The notes under the pieces are model-generated. The model saw only the letters and a list, made by a program, of their open reading frames with translations, had not been told where the DNA came from and did no database searches. From Octopus vulgaris (Eukaryota): a DNA stretch of 64,000 nt. Made by a program: the position numbers and the translations under genes. Below, piece by piece: positions 50,030 to 64,000 of this stretch. The stretch's first letter is position 1. Every line of letters begins with the position of its first letter. Location: assembly GCA_951406725.2 (NCBI GenBank), contig OX597816.1:153078001-153142000 (forward strand). Direction: 5' to 3'.

Positions 50030-51250
50030 TCTCCCGGGAAAATGCCATCAATGATCTATATTGCGAGAGAAAAACCAGCAGTCTCTGGATTTAAATTTTT
50101 GAAGATGGTCTGATTTTAATGTTTGGTGGTAATGTAAGTGGAGATTAAAAAACTCATACAGCTTGTTTATAGATCAAACAAGCCAAAGGCCTTAACAATT
50201 ATCCTGAAATATAATTTCCGAAGCACATGCAAATTCAGTAAGAAAAGGCTTGCATTGAAGCTTCATTTTAACTTCATAAATTTGCTCATAACAAGCAAAA
50301 GAATTTTTCAAAGTTGTGGCAACCTCTCTATTTCGTTCATCATTTGGATTATGAGTTGCAAAAATTTGTTTGTTTGCATATCATATCCTTGAGGTAAAAC
50401 AATACCATGAGAGCCAAAAGATCTCTTCCATGTGAACATGTTTTGGATCATGCATACAGACCTCTAGCATTTTGAAAAATCCAATATCCAAATGTTAAAA
50501 TCATTTTTCCTTTATCACCAACACAGTCTCCCTTCTTCAGCCTATAGACCAAAGAATTATTTCAACTTTTGGCGGATATCATTCGTGAGAAATATTTGGA
50601 ACTCATTAAAACCACAGATAAGTACTCTTAAAGAACTATGGAAAAGCTTTAATGTTTTAAATGCAATTAATATTATGAAGCAGGCTTTTAATAGAATTTC
50701 AGAGAAGGCTATGAACAGTGTTTGGCGAAAATTTATCCCGATTTAATTGCTAATTTTGAAAGATTTAAAAATCTTGAGGATATAAAGTAACGAAATCAAA
50801 AAATTATTCAGCTTGCTGACCACGTAGATGTTGAAAGTTTTACAAGTGACGTAGCAGATCTATTTAAAATGTGTACTGATAGTAATTAGAAATGGAAGAG
50901 TTGATTAGAATGTTAATAGGAGAAAATGATAATGAAAGGCAAAAGGAAAACGATGAAAAAAGTCATCCTGCAAGCAAACAAATTTTTGCAACTCATAATC
51001 CAAATAATGAACGAAATAGAGAGGTTGCCACAACTTTGAAAAATTCTTTTGCTTGTTATGAGCAAATTTATGAAGATAAAATGAAGAAAAAGAAGGGGAA
51101 AAACAGCGCTGTAACTAGAAAGATCTTGAAAATTTTCTGATGAAAATAAATCACCACATCTGAAAATTTTAATCACAAAAATTGACAATGATTGTTAATT
51201 AAAGTTTTAGCGAAAAAAGATAGTTTGTGTTATATTTTGAAGGATTATTT
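50030..51250 (+). mobile_element. Decayed Tigger/pogo transposase
   Basis: KMPS..YIARE...SGFK, MFGGNVSGD, LVYRSNKPKAL, LKELWKSFNVLNAI..AMNSVWRK. Confidence 0.8.
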
Positions 51251-52267
51251 TTGTTCAAATGAGTTTATTTTTAATTAAATGCTAATTATAATAATTATTT
51301 TGTGCTTCTTTTGTTTATTTTGAAAAAATTAAGATGAAAATTGTTGATTGGAACTAAAGTCATGATTATTATAACATTTTTATCGGAAAATACGAATTAT
51401 TGATTAAGGAACATTAATTATCAATGAATTAACATGTAATGTCGAGAACAACATGTATGCATGTATATATAAGTGTATATGTGTGTTTGTGTGCGCAGTA
51501 CTTTTATGTGTATGTGCACGCGTGTAAGCTAACAACATTATCCAAGGGATCCAATAACATGAATATGGATAATGAAGTTAAAAAGGTTGCTGTACTGAAT
51601 TCCGTAGAAAAAGAAAAATTTTTAATTTTTTGATACATTTCTCTGAGTGGGAGAAGGGGAGGTAACTAAGAATAAATTTCTAGAGCTCGGGAGAGGACAG
51701 TCTGATATTTATTGCTGGCGAAGGACAGTTATGTATACTTGTTTCGGTATATTAGATCTCGTCAGTGTATTAACAGTATTGCCTTTTGCAGGTTAGAAAT
51801 TATAGTTTTGCGTACCATAGAAAAGAATTGGGCATATTTTTGATCGATGGTAATTTGTATAATTGTAAATAACTAATAATTTGTTGCATACGACATCTCT
51901 TCATTCCATTTTAACTTAATTATTCAAATTCATGCCAAATTCTCCCTTCAATTATTTCTCTTAGCTTTTATTATTTCTAATTATGCATATTACTATTAAC
52001 TGAAAATATAGCTAAATCTTTATCGATGCGCAAAAATCTAATTTCTTATCTGCTGGGAAGTTGATTCTGTATTCTATTGACATGCCGAATCATCTATTTA
52101 TACTTGTCCGTCGCCTGTAACAAACGTTCAAGTGTCCTTTCTGCAGCAGCTACATTAACTCTTAAATTTTTTTCTCTCTTCTTTAAAATAATTAACCAAT
52201 GTCAAGAGGCTTTTCTGTTTATCGCCTCCTACAGGAAAAAGAGTTCTAAAAATTATGAATTTATTGC

Positions 52268-52335
<68 letters not shown>

Positions 52336-52349
52336 GTGTGTGTGTGTGT

Positions 52350-52860
52350 GAGTGTGGTAGGAAGCTTGTTTCTCAACCACATGGTTTCGGGTTCAGTCCC
52401 ACTGCGTAGCACCTTGTGCCTTCTACTATAGTCTCGGGTCGACCAAAGTCTTGTGAGTGGATTTGGTAGACGGAAACTGAAAGAATCCCGTCGTGTATAT
52501 ATATATATGGGGAAACAAACACAGACACAAAGGCACACAGTCATAGATACATATGCATTTATATATATAAATATGTATATACATACATACATATACACAT
52601 ACTCGCGCGCACACACACACACATATATATATCTATGAGTGTATGCCTTTGTGCCTTTGTTTGTTCCTCCATCCACCGACTGACAACCGGCGTCGGTGTG
52701 TTTAGGTCCCCGTAAGTTAGCGGTTCGGCAAAAGATATCGATAGACTAAGTACCAGGCTTTAAAAAGTACTGGGGTCGATTCATTCGACTAAAATTCCTC
52801 AAGGCGGTGCACCAGCATGACTGCAGTCCAATGACTGAAACAAGTAAAAGATAAAAGAAG
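52350..52860 (+). mobile_element. CORE-like tRNA-derived SINE with an expanded internal microsatellite
   Basis: Same head, core and tail as 1900-2270. Confidence 0.8.
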
Positions 52861-53649
52861 ATATACATATATGTATTAATGCTTGTTTTTTATCGTCGAA
52901 TTATATACTTGGAATATATATGGCATCTTTCTTGTAAAATGTGTGTGTGTCTGTGTGTATGTATCTATATATATTTAGATAGATGTGTATGTATACATAC
53001 AGACACATATATTGATTCATGTATATATACATATATGTTTGTGTGTGGATCCAATGTTAATTGCATCCATGCAGCCGCATATTGTGATGGACTAAATCTA
53101 CCAACATTATGATGGGTCACCGAGCCCCCAGAATCAGCTGTTGGTCTTATAAGATCTTTCTTCCACTCCTTTAATTTAGTCTGTCGTTTGTACTCTGTGT
53201 AAGTTGGACCTATGAATATGAATATGTGCATATTTATACTTAAAAATTCATCAATTGAAAGTCTCCATCTTCTACTTTCTCTCATTTTACATGTATATAT
53301 ATATATATACATATTTTGAATTTAATATATTTAATATATTTAATAATTTGATGTATCCATCAATAATTTGTTTATCCGCATACCTCTCTCTATATATTTA
53401 TATATGCATCTACACATACATACATACATACATACATACATACATACATACATACATACATACATACATACACACAAACCTCCTCCAAACTACAATTATC
53501 TTCTACTCCCACTGCCTCTTCAAGCGAAACTGAAGGATAAATCCCATATGTCCTCGCGTATCTTTTACACAATTGACTAGAAAATAACATTCTTCTCTCT
53601 ATATCCTCACATTCACTCGAACTCTTACTTGAAAAAGTTGATTAGATTT

Positions 53650-55100
53650 TGCTCGGAGACGAAAAACTGCTGGCTTAAGCCTTTTGCCTTCGAGCCCCAT
53701 ACTATCTCTTTTGTCATAGCTGACTGTGCATACAAAATTATTTGTTCAGAATGATATTTAATGACAACCTGGTCGCTCTTACACATAAAGACAGTGGTTC
53801 CACATAACTCCTCAAATCAGTCGTGCATGGAAACCGAACATGCTGGAATATGTGTGTTGTCGTTTGCCTCGGCTCTCATAGAAGTGTCGTTTATATAACT
53901 GTGCCCAAAGAGCTTATTCCAAACTAGCAATTACGCATCACCGTAGGCTTACAAGGCCAAATATATATGAAAATTATCTGTAGTCTCTGGGCCTCCAAAG
54001 TTCGCCAGAATAGGCCGTTAAGCACACTAGAGAATCTTCAGTGACATAGTCACTCTTTCTACCAACTTTATACTGACGAAATGATTGATGTTTTAAGAAA
54101 TTTTTTAGAACCTGAAGAATAATCAGATACCAAGCACCCATTTCCTTCATTCTTGATCCAGGTTTAAATCTCAAAGAGATGAACTGTGAAAAATAACGAC
54201 TAGGCTTGCTCATCATTCAGGAATATATATTGTAGTTTCAGCAGATGTTTGCGTGTCACTAACCTTAGCGTTCCAGGACGCCTCATTCAAGAGTTAAGCT
54301 TATATATTCAAGTCTGTCAAAATATTCACTGGAAGTTAGGCAATAATACACTTTCAGAGAAATGTAGGCATTTGGCTGTTCATTTTCTTAGCTGCTGTCT
54401 AAGTGAGACATACAATTCTCGCTTTCTCGTCTCAGTTCCCATCTGCCTAGAGATCAGGACTGAATTAAACTTCGAGCATTTTACTTGGAATTTTAAGCTA
54501 GACACAAACAGGCATCGGTATAGTGTTGTTTTTCCAAGTATCACTTTGCAAGCCCGTCCACTTGTTCCAGATAATTTATGCTCCTGTGGACCTTATACTT
54601 CCCCAAATTGGTGATGTTCCCTGCAAATTCTGACACCACGATAATACGTCCTCGTGTGCAGATAGCTCTTTACTGTGTTCCAATTTCGGAGGGATACCGC
54701 CAGCAACTCTGACTTCATGTGTAAAAGCTCAAGAGTCAAATATAAAAAGGCTGAGAGGCTGTACCTTCGATGGACTAAACGCATGAAGATAAAAGGTTTT
54801 GACAGGAGGTTATTTAACCTTATCATCGGACAGGTGTTGTTTTGTAATGGAGTCAAACTTTTGAAGACGGAACTGAGTTACACCGAACTTAAGATAGTTC
54901 CAGATAGAGATATCGAACATCTTTGAGTGATTTAATATCATGTTCCAATCCAAACCAGATCTTCACCTAACATTCTTAAGTATAACATGAGGCAGAAGTT
55001 TTACTGAACAGATATTACTGACGTTTCGCAGATTTGTTTGGGTTCAGCTATAGTACTAAAAGCAAATATTAACCACTTGCAGGAAGTTCGATCCACCGAA
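53650..55100 (-). mobile_element. Old, decayed Tx1-type LINE RT region
   Basis: RLNNLLSKPF..RLVHRRYSLSAFLYLTLELL aligns with RVNGFLSKPF..RSVRQGCPLSPLLYVMALEPL of the young LINE. Boundaries are approximate. Confidence 0.6.
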
Positions 55101-56086
55101 GAAACTATAATGAAAGGAGTCCTTTTGTGAGCAGTAACAATAACGGTAGTAACAGCAACAACTACCAATCAGTCAACCGATCAACCAACGAATCTATTTT
55201 TCAAGCACTTTGGTCAAAATCTTTTTACTCTGTATTCATCGGACTTACGTGCTTTATATTATCTTCCCTTATTTACTGTCTTTCTTCAACAGTGTCACCC
55301 CTCCCAGGATAATACAACTGAGAATGCTCCCAATCTATAATGATTTGCCGTGAGAAGAAAGAAACAAACGAACTTGGCTGAATTACGTTTGACCAAATCT
55401 ATATGGCCAATTTTGTATAAAGTAAGTTATAATCTTGAAAGTAACAGTATCGTATAATATTGGGGCAGCTCGTGGAAAGCTGAGCCGGCGATAACTATTC
55501 GGTTACTCATTCAGCTAGTTTGTACCGCATTGTTTTATATATATATTTATATATATGCTGTTTCTTGATGTGGTCAATAATCCGTTGACCACAATGTTCG
55601 ACTGGGAGACAAATCGTTCTGAGGTGAAGTAAATACCCATTTAGAGTTTCTGAACATCTTCCTTCCATGGTCAATTGAATCAACATCCATATATGACTGG
55701 TATGTATTTAATCGATCATTTAAATCTTACTCATGCAAGAATGTCTGCAGTTAATATTTTTACGGTTTGCAGAAAATTCCCGGTGGTTTGATGATGAAGG
55801 GTAAAGTGAGCGACTAGAACAGTATCAACAACAGCTGCAGCAGCAGCAACAACGACATGAATAATAATGACAACAATAACAGCAACAACAACAAAAGCCA
55901 GAAGCAAGTAAAACCAACGGCAACAAGAACAACAAATACAACTCTAATGACAGCAACAAGAATAAGAACACTAACTTGATTTATTTTACACGAGTGGATA
56001 TATATCTTTTTTCTATTCATCTGAATATTTATGTGTGATCTGAGGGAATTAAGGAGTGGAAAATATTGAAATGAAATCATAGTGAA

Positions 56087-56175
56087 ATGTATGTATGTAT
56101 GTATGTATGTATGTATGTATGTATGTATGTATGTATGTATGTATGTATGTATGTATGTATGTATGTATGTATGTA

Positions 56176-56216
<41 letters not shown>

Positions 56217-56360
56217 CTGTGTGTCTGTGTGGGCGTGCGTGTGCGTGTGTGTATGTGTGCATGTATGTTTGTGCGTGTGTGAGTGTTTGTGTTTAGGGAA
56301 AGGATAGAGAAAAAGAAGAGAAAGGTAAAAGACTTATTGCGAAGATATGTGCGTATGTAC

Positions 56361-56393
<33 letters not shown>

Positions 56394-56395
56394 TG

Positions 56396-56429
<34 letters not shown>

Positions 56430-56540
56430 TACATATCTCTATATATATGTGTATATATATGTGTATATATGTATATATGTATGTATGTATCTATCTGTAT
56501 GTGTATGTGTGTGTGCGTGCGCGTGTGTGTATGTGTGCAA
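56087..56540. repeat. (TATG)n/(TG)n microsatellite block; similar tracts at 53415-53472, 57290-57375, 57825-57920, 59259-59329 and 61285-61380
   Basis: Directly visible. Confidence 0.97.
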
Positions 56541-57049
56541 TAAAAGAAAGTTACTTTCTTCCACAAGGCAAGAAATATAGAAAAATGAAGTTGAAAATGT
56601 TCTGGGAGTCTTTTTAATGGTTTGTTTCAAAGACAACTGGTTTCACAGATTTTTCTTATTTTCAAAAGTTGCAGCTGTGGCATAACCTTACGTCTTTCTA
56701 TCTTAATTTTTGAAAATCATAAAAATCAGTGAAACCGGTTGTGCTTAAAAAAAACTATCTAAAAGACTTTCAGTGCATTTTCATCTTATATATATATATC
56801 TGCGTGTGTGTTTATTTATGTATGCATGTATATTTATCTGTACCCATATATGCATGTATATATACATATATATGTAGGTATGTACATATATGCATATATT
56901 TATATATATTATTGTTATATATATATATATATATACTTGCATGTATATATATATATTATATTTATCCAGATGAATATATCTTCGTCCTTTAATAGAAATT
57001 TTTTCCATAGATTTCTAATGCCTTTTCATCATGCGTTATTTACGAAAAT

Positions 57050-57285
57050 AGATCAGAGACGAAAAGGATCCTATCACCTATAAACGGAATCTGGACAAAT
57101 TTCTTCAACACATACCATATAAGCCACATATACCTGGATACAACTCGTTCAACAAGAACTCCCTATTCGAACAGGCCATGATACCACAAAACCTGACATA
57201 AAAGGGATTTAGCAAATTCTATCAGGTGGTGCTATAAAGTTAGACATGACCTGGACCAATCTTTGGTCGAAACATATCTAAGTCA
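57050..57285 (+). mobile_element. CR1/L2-group LINE 3' end
   Basis: YKRNLDKFLQHIP.KP..PGY.S.NKNSL-like terminal motif. Confidence 0.5.
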
Positions 57286-57308
57286 TCTTATGTATGTATA
57301 TATGTATG

Positions 57309-57342
<34 letters not shown>

Positions 57343-57376
57343 TGTATGTATGTATGTATGTATGTATGTATGTATA

Positions 57377-57772
57377 TTTCTCTTCTCTATCCCGAATCAT
57401 TATATCAGGTCTGTTGTGCTTACATTTTATTGAGGTCTCTTTACTGGTACATTCCACTAGTATTCTTTTTTATTATGAGTGGCTATGGCTTCTACCATAT
57501 TGTGGGTTCTTATTTCTTTGTCCTCGGGGTTATCCTTCCGATAGATTTCATTATAGAGTGTCCTAGCTACAACGTCATGTTGCATCGGTATATAATACTA
57601 TGATGACATTTTCGGACAACTGCTTATGATGTGGGTGATATCGTCAATATGAACTCTACTAAGTCTGCATCGGTTGTCACATTTTACGGCTTTTCTTGCA
57701 TATCTATTCCTTTTGTGTATCAGATACTTGGTTGATATTTCCTGTTCCTGGACTGCAAACGCGCACCCTTCA
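57377..57772 (-). mobile_element. Dong/R4-like (restriction-like endonuclease) non-LTR fragment
   Basis: FAVQEQEISTKY..CRL...IDDITHIISSCP...HDVVA...HNRPDIMI; flanked by (TATG)n. Confidence 0.8.
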
Positions 57773-57879
57773 CAGTGGGAGGTAATAATCCGGCTATTGG
57801 TCCATCATAAACTGCTTTAATGAAATGTATGTATGTATGTATGTATGTATGTATGTATGTATGTATGTATGTATATATA

Positions 57880-57919
<40 letters not shown>

Positions 57920-58049
57920 ATATGGATGTCGATGCACACACACGTGAGTACTTACCTCCATCCTTTTATTCCTTTAAAGTTTTTAGTTATTGGACTACAG
58001 CCATGAAGAGTTATATATATATATATATATATACACAAATGGACATACA

Positions 58050-59440
58050 TACATATCATATGATGGTACTTGTGACAAGGCACGTGTCACTAAAGAATAT
58101 TACAGCCAAATAAAGAAAATATGGAACTCGGAACTCTCTGCGTTTAATAAAACTGTGGACCACAATGTGTCTGCGGTGCCAGTACTTATACCAACACTTG
58201 GGCTACTTGATTGGACACTTGATAAGACCCGTGCTATTGATGTGAAGAGCCGGAAGATACTAACCAGCACACATAATTTCCACATCTACAGTGACGTAGA
58301 CTGCATCCACCTAAAACGAAAACACGAGGGCAGAAGCTTAACATCAATCCAGACAGTCTTTGAATGCCATATCATATCCCTTCGGCAACATCTTTTCATC
58401 ACAAAGTGTCGAAGTGCATTCCTTGACCAATTTGCATACGTGAGTCTGATAACATCATGAGACTTGGAAAGTAGCACCTTGAGCACCATTCTTTGTATGA
58501 TAACCTTAAATACATACCCAAAGAAGTCGCACGACTCTACCGCAACATATCAAATGAAAGGATGACAGTTTATTAGCAGAAGACCATGCATAGATGATTT
58601 AGTAGAAAGCTCCTGAATGATTGTAACATTGATCATCAAAGCAGTTTATCATGGACCAACAACCGGATTACTAACTCCAACTTTCAAGTGCATGCGTTTG
58701 CAATTCAGGAACGAGAAATATCAACGAAATACTTAATGTACAAAAGGCACAGTGACGCAGAGAAAGCTGTAAAATGTGACAAGCGATGTATAATAAAAAG
58801 AGATACTGGTGGAATGTCTCAGTGAAAACTTCAATAAAATGTAAACATGATAGACCTGATATAGTAATTTGGGATAGAGAAGAGAAACTGTCCAGTTGTG
58901 GAAATCAGCTGTCTAGCGGATGTAAACATAAAGCTAAAGGTCAGCGAAAAGAAAATACCTACGCTGAACTATTGAGGAATCTACGGCTACTCTAGATTTC
59001 AAGTTTAGGTTTATACCTGTAATTCTTGGACAACTGGGAAATGTAACACACTGCCTAAATACCAATTTTGAGAAATTAAGCTTCTCAATACCAGAAAGGA
59101 GAAAGCTAATTCGAAAACTAAAGATCCAAGCCATCAGTGAAACTGTAAAAATCTGTAAAACTTACCAGAAGTTTATCACTTCAGTATATATGAGCAAGTC
59201 TAGACATGCAACTATATGTATGAGAATACATGCATAAAACAAAACATACAAATCCAAACATACATACATACATACATACATACATACATACATACATACA
59301 TACATACATACATACATACATACATACATGCAAAAACCTTGTTGATGTTGTTGAAATTCCAAAGGAGACTTGGATCTAGATTAGAAACCGGTTCTTTCTC
59401 TATTGGCAAGAAATCTTGAAATAAAACTGAATAATGACAT
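58050..59440 (+). mobile_element. 5'-truncated Dong/R4-like non-LTR retrotransposon associated with (CATA)n
   Basis: KEYY..KKIWNSELSAFNK..AVPVL..DVKSRKIL..SDVD; WWN..HDRPDIVIWDR..EISC...KENTYAEL..FIPVILG. Confidence 0.85.
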
Positions 59441-61331
59441 ACATATTTTATATCGTTCTATGTTTTTGAAAGAAAACGTATGCATAAAGCGCTGTTGTTT
59501 AAATTTACCTTCTGCCATACCTGCATAGTGCTTTTGCACTAAGTTTAGATATTGCATGGGCGTGACTTTTCGTCGTAGATAATCGCTTCAGTATTGCATT
59601 GCTAAGAAGGCATGCATCTTTATTTCTGCACGTGTAGTTAACCTCAATTAATTTAGTTGGTATGCTTGTCATTAAGTTCTTTTCAAGTAGGTGGTGTAGC
59701 TATAATTCAGCTTCAAGTTATTTGAAGATTGGATATTTTTCTATATTGATTTCCCCATCAACCATCGATATACAAAACTATATGCTATTTCCTATTCTCC
59801 ATCTCTTGTTGTCTATATACCGACAATTTCGGTTGTTTACTTATTATGCCATGTAATAGTAATCTCACTGATATCATCATAATTTCAACTTTCAAACCTA
59901 CCAAATTTTTTACCACGTTCGATTTTAAATCCCTACACACTATATTACTCAAGCTTTAAGCTGTTACTTTACTATATATGATAATGCACTCATTGATGCC
60001 CTCTTAATACCAGTTCAGTATCTTTCCATATTCATCACCAGGCAACATTTAAACTCTAGATCCCCAGTCTAAGTCAACGTTTATTAGTCCTTATTCGCTT
60101 TATAGTATGTAACGCACGTATCATAATCCATCCCGATTATACATGTAATGAGTTATCCCATAAGGCTCACTACATATACAGGAATTAAACATTTTATTCG
60201 CCGGACGATTTTGGCAGCCACGAATATGAAGCTCTGAGTCACCGATATATTAACATTAACGGGCTATGTCATGTAATATTCATATGAGTTTGTTTTCTCA
60301 GAATTACCGCAGTTCAATACTGGAACAAATAACGATAAAAGAACAACAACAATAACAACACACACACATACACACAAATGCGCACGCATTCACGCACACA
60401 TATACACAAATGGGCATGCACTCACACATACTCACTCACACTTTTATAATGATTAGCTCATAGACTTCATCCAAGAAGACAAACTCAGCAAGGTATTCAT
60501 TTATATGAATGAATACGAGAGTCGTATAAATGCTTCAGTTCTAATACATGCCATCAAAGATATAAAGAAAAGAAATTCAACCCATTTAACAGAGCAAGAT
60601 GAAAACCCCACTCCTCATCAAAATAAAATTGGATGGAAACGGTTATAAATTTTCTTTAATTTGGATGAAGTAAAGAGTTGATAAAACTTGAAAAAGAGGA
60701 GGTGAGAATGCAATATATGAACGAAACAGGTATGTTTGTTTACGTTTGCGTTGGCTTATTCGAAAGTTACGACGTTCGAGGGGTGTTGACATTTCTCTTG
60801 CAATAAATTGTCCTTTGACTTCGTGTCTTAGAAGCCGTGCAGAATAAGAGATATATAGCTTGAAAAAACAGGCAAGGACTACTACTAAACAATATCTCGA
60901 TAACTTACTCCTATGGCCTATGTTAGACTGGCAAAACGGATGACAATGACATGACTATGGTAAGAAGTTTGCTTCCCAACCACAAGCAGGTCCAAATGGC
61001 AGATAAATGCTTGACATCGAAACAAATTTCTACTGTACAGCCTTCCAACTGAAGTGGATTTCTAACTCGTACATCACCGAGTGTTTTATCAAACAGATCG
61101 ATGCACCAAGTACTAGACTAAAATAAGCATTGGGGTCGATATGATCGACTAAAACCTAGTAGGTGGTGCCCCAGCCTGGCCGCAAGCCAGTAACTCAGAC
61201 CAGCAAAAATATAAAGTATTATACACACACAGATATATACATATGTATATACATGTATATATATGTTTGTATATAAACACATATTTATACATACATACAT
61301 ACATACATACATAAATACATACATACATACA

Positions 61332-61364
<33 letters not shown>

Positions 61365-61409
61365 GCATACATACATACACACACACAGACACATATATAT
61401 TTATATATT

Positions 61410-61680
61410 ACTCTTTTACTTGTTTCAGTCATTTGACTGCAGCCATGCTGGAGCAGCGCCTTTTAGTCGAATAAATCGACGCCAGGACTTATTTTTTGTA
61501 ATCCTAGTACTTATTCAATCGGTCTCTATAAGAGACGGGCTTCTTTCAGTTTCCGTCACCAAAATCCACTCACAAGGCTTTGGTTGGCCCGAGGCTATAG
61601 TAGAAGACACTTGCCCAAGGTGCCGTGCAGTAGGACTGAACCCGGAACCATATGGTTGGGAAGCAAGCTTCTTACCACAA
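61410..61680 (-). mobile_element. CORE-like SINE with an internal deletion
   Basis: Head, core and tail present; the middle segment is missing near 61530. Confidence 0.75.
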
Positions 61681-61894
61681 TACGATACATATGTATATAT
61701 ATATGAGTCTTTGTGTGTGTCTGCTCGTGTGTTTGTGATATGATATATGAAGTATATATAGCGTAATTGTTTATGTGCATGTATATCTGTATAGATGTTT
61801 GTACATACGCACATCTCTTCTCAAAGGGCCCCTGCCGCTCTCCCTTTCTCCCTCCCTCCCCGTCCATCCCTCTTTCTTTCTTCCTCTATTTCTT

Positions 61895-61923
61895 CCTGTC
61901 TTTCTTTCTTTCTTTCTTTCTTC

Positions 61924-61989
<66 letters not shown>

Positions 61990-61998
61990 CATTCTTTC
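61895..61998. repeat. (TTTC)n microsatellite; related (GGAA)n/(GAAA)n tract at 46505-46582
   Basis: Directly visible. Confidence 0.95.
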
Positions 61999-62209
61999 TC
62001 TCACACACGCTGACACACGCTCACACATGCATACGCTCACACACACACACATATACATACACAGACCACACACATAAACACACTCACCCCCCACCATCTC
62101 TTCCTCTACACACTTTCCGCTCCTTAATTCTATTAGATGGCAAATAATATTCAGATGGATAGAAAAGAAGATATTTTGCCACTTGTGTAAAATAAATCAA
62201 AATGGTAAT

Positions 62210-62700
62210 ACTGTGTTTTTTGCTGTTGTCGTTGTTGTTGCTATGGTTGTTAATGTTGAAGTTGCTACCGCTTTTTGCTGCTGCTGCTGTTTCTCGGTTT
62301 TTATTGTTTTTATTTGCTCCTAATACAGTTGTTGTTGCTGCTGCCGTGGTTGCCGTTGTTGTTATTTGTTGCTTTTCTTACTGCTTTTCTTTCTTCCATC
62401 CGCTGCTGTTGAGTAGTTTGCCGTTATTATAGTTGTTGGTGCTATTATTTGCTATTTATCTGGTTGTTACTGTTCAAATTGGCTGTTGTTATTACTCCTG
62501 CAATTTTAGATGTCGTTATTGTTGTGGCCACTGATATTGTTTGACGATGATGATGGCTGTTTTCGTTATTGTTGTTGCTTTTGCTGTTGCTGTCGTTATC
62601 GTTGTCTTTGTTATTGCTATCGATGTTCTTTCTGTTGTTGCCAATGTTGCTATTTAATGCTGCCCTTCTTCTCATAGTGGTTGCTGTTGTTATTGCTTTA
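62210..62700. repeat. Degenerate (GTT/GCT)n trinucleotide low-complexity tract; similar tracts at 55815-55970 and 13970-14050
   Basis: Directly visible. Confidence 0.85.
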
Positions 62701-62949
62701 GTCGCTAACTTTATTCTCCATCAGTGAATCTCCGTAAGTTTTCTGCCAAATATATCGACAATCTGGCACGAATAAAATTTAATGATCGATTCAGTATGTA
62801 CCAGTCATAAACTGAGATTGATTTAACCAGTCATGAAATAAAGATGTTCTGAAACTATAAATGAGCAATTAGTTCAGCTCTGAACAATTGTTCTTCCAAT
62901 AAAACGTTATGGTCGACTTTACTCTCTCCGGGTTTTGACTACATCAGAA

Positions 62950-63960
62950 TATAACATGTATGAGAAGTGAATTTGACTGAATCAGTAATCGAATATACAC
63001 TGTAGACTCAGATTTGCGAGAGCTGTCTTAATATTCTACAGCACTGCCACTTAGGGATTATAACTAATTAGTCAAAAGTTATTCAGCCAAGGTCGACTTT
63101 TCTCTTCCTATCTCTGCAAAGATTGAGAGTATTCCAAGATGAGTCATGCTGTTGAGGAAGGAAGTGTACAACATAAGAGATAATGTTAAGTCCATGATTC
63201 TACTAAATGCAGAGGTAAAAGATTATGGTACAACAATGAGGTTGATTATTGTCACTTATCCCCAGGTCAACTCTGATGGTGCTAACATACTATCAATTGC
63301 ATTCTAGCTATGACCACTGCATCCTTCTACATGTTGTCAGGGCTTCGTTATCTAATACATCTTTGATGTATGGGGATGAGATGTCGAATGTCTGCATTGC
63401 TATGGTAATGTACGATCATTTGACCTCCTGGTATATCTAGTAAGATTTGAACGTCAGGCCTTGTGGAATGAATAGTTTCTTTTGGTCAGAATATTCATCT
63501 GTTAACAACACCCGCTCGAGAAAGAGGGTTTATGACTCGCAAGAATTTGCTGAGTCTAATACATAGATTACCTAACGATATGCATGTCTGGTCGTCGTTT
63601 GTTACAGTTCATTTCTTTAACTGAATAGATCTTATACATTTAGCTCGATTATCAATCTTTGCATTCTGCAGAAAGTTAACGGAGATTATAAGTAATTGAG
63701 GATACTCAGGGTGTCGATGGGAATGCGCTAAACAAATTTTTCTGGATGATTTTGAGGTCAGGTATTATGGATAATGTCCAAATATTTGTAGGTTGAAAGT
63801 TCCACGAAGATGTGTAATTGACAGTTCTGAATAAGCTCCTCAGGCACAGTAGTTCCACAAGTGACACTTGTCTGAGTTTCGGGGTAAATGACGAAGCCTT
63901 TCTGCCTGCATTCGTCGGTGTCCATACATTGATGATTTGTGGAATTATATAAAAAAAATT
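62950..63960 (-). pseudogene. Decayed leucine-rich-repeat protein gene (possibly a Toll-like receptor ectodomain)
   Basis: Frameshifted CRQK.LRHLPRN (LRRNT-like), then IQN..HIFVELSTYKYLDIIHN and LKIIQKNLFSAFP..ITYN. The lower boundary is uncertain. Confidence 0.5.
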
Positions 63961-64000
63961 GTTTCACGTATCTCATTTAAAAGAGGAGGGCACGCCATGC

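Overview
AT-rich, microsatellite-laden eukaryotic DNA; the SINE families and repeat landscape suggest an octopus (coleoid cephalopod), by inference. The left half (about 1-30,150) holds a minus-strand PARPBP/PARI-like gene: eight phase-consistent coding exons, a probable 5'UTR exon and a CHR/CRE/CCAAT promoter, with the 3' end apparently outside the window. Its introns are CpG-depleted and filled with decayed RTE, CR1/L2-group, SINE and hAT elements. The right half is CpG-retaining transposon territory. The main structure is a full-length Tx1/L1-clade LINE (about 5.35 kb, present twice in a 6.45-kb tandem amplification) inserted with a 15-bp target-site duplication (TSD) inside a tRNA-derived SINE. 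A subfamily of that SINE carries the LINE's own 3' tail and is nested at the same nucleotide of another SINE copy (48.8-49.2 kb). This points to a self-targeting LINE/SINE system. A second notable structure is a roughly 390-nt structured element (48,056-48,452) with type I hammerhead-like motifs on both strands. Also present are piggyBac, Tigger, Dong/R4-like, old Tx1 and Penelope-like relics and a decayed LRR (possibly Toll-like) pseudogene at the right edge. All alignments and folds were done by eye and no database searches were run.
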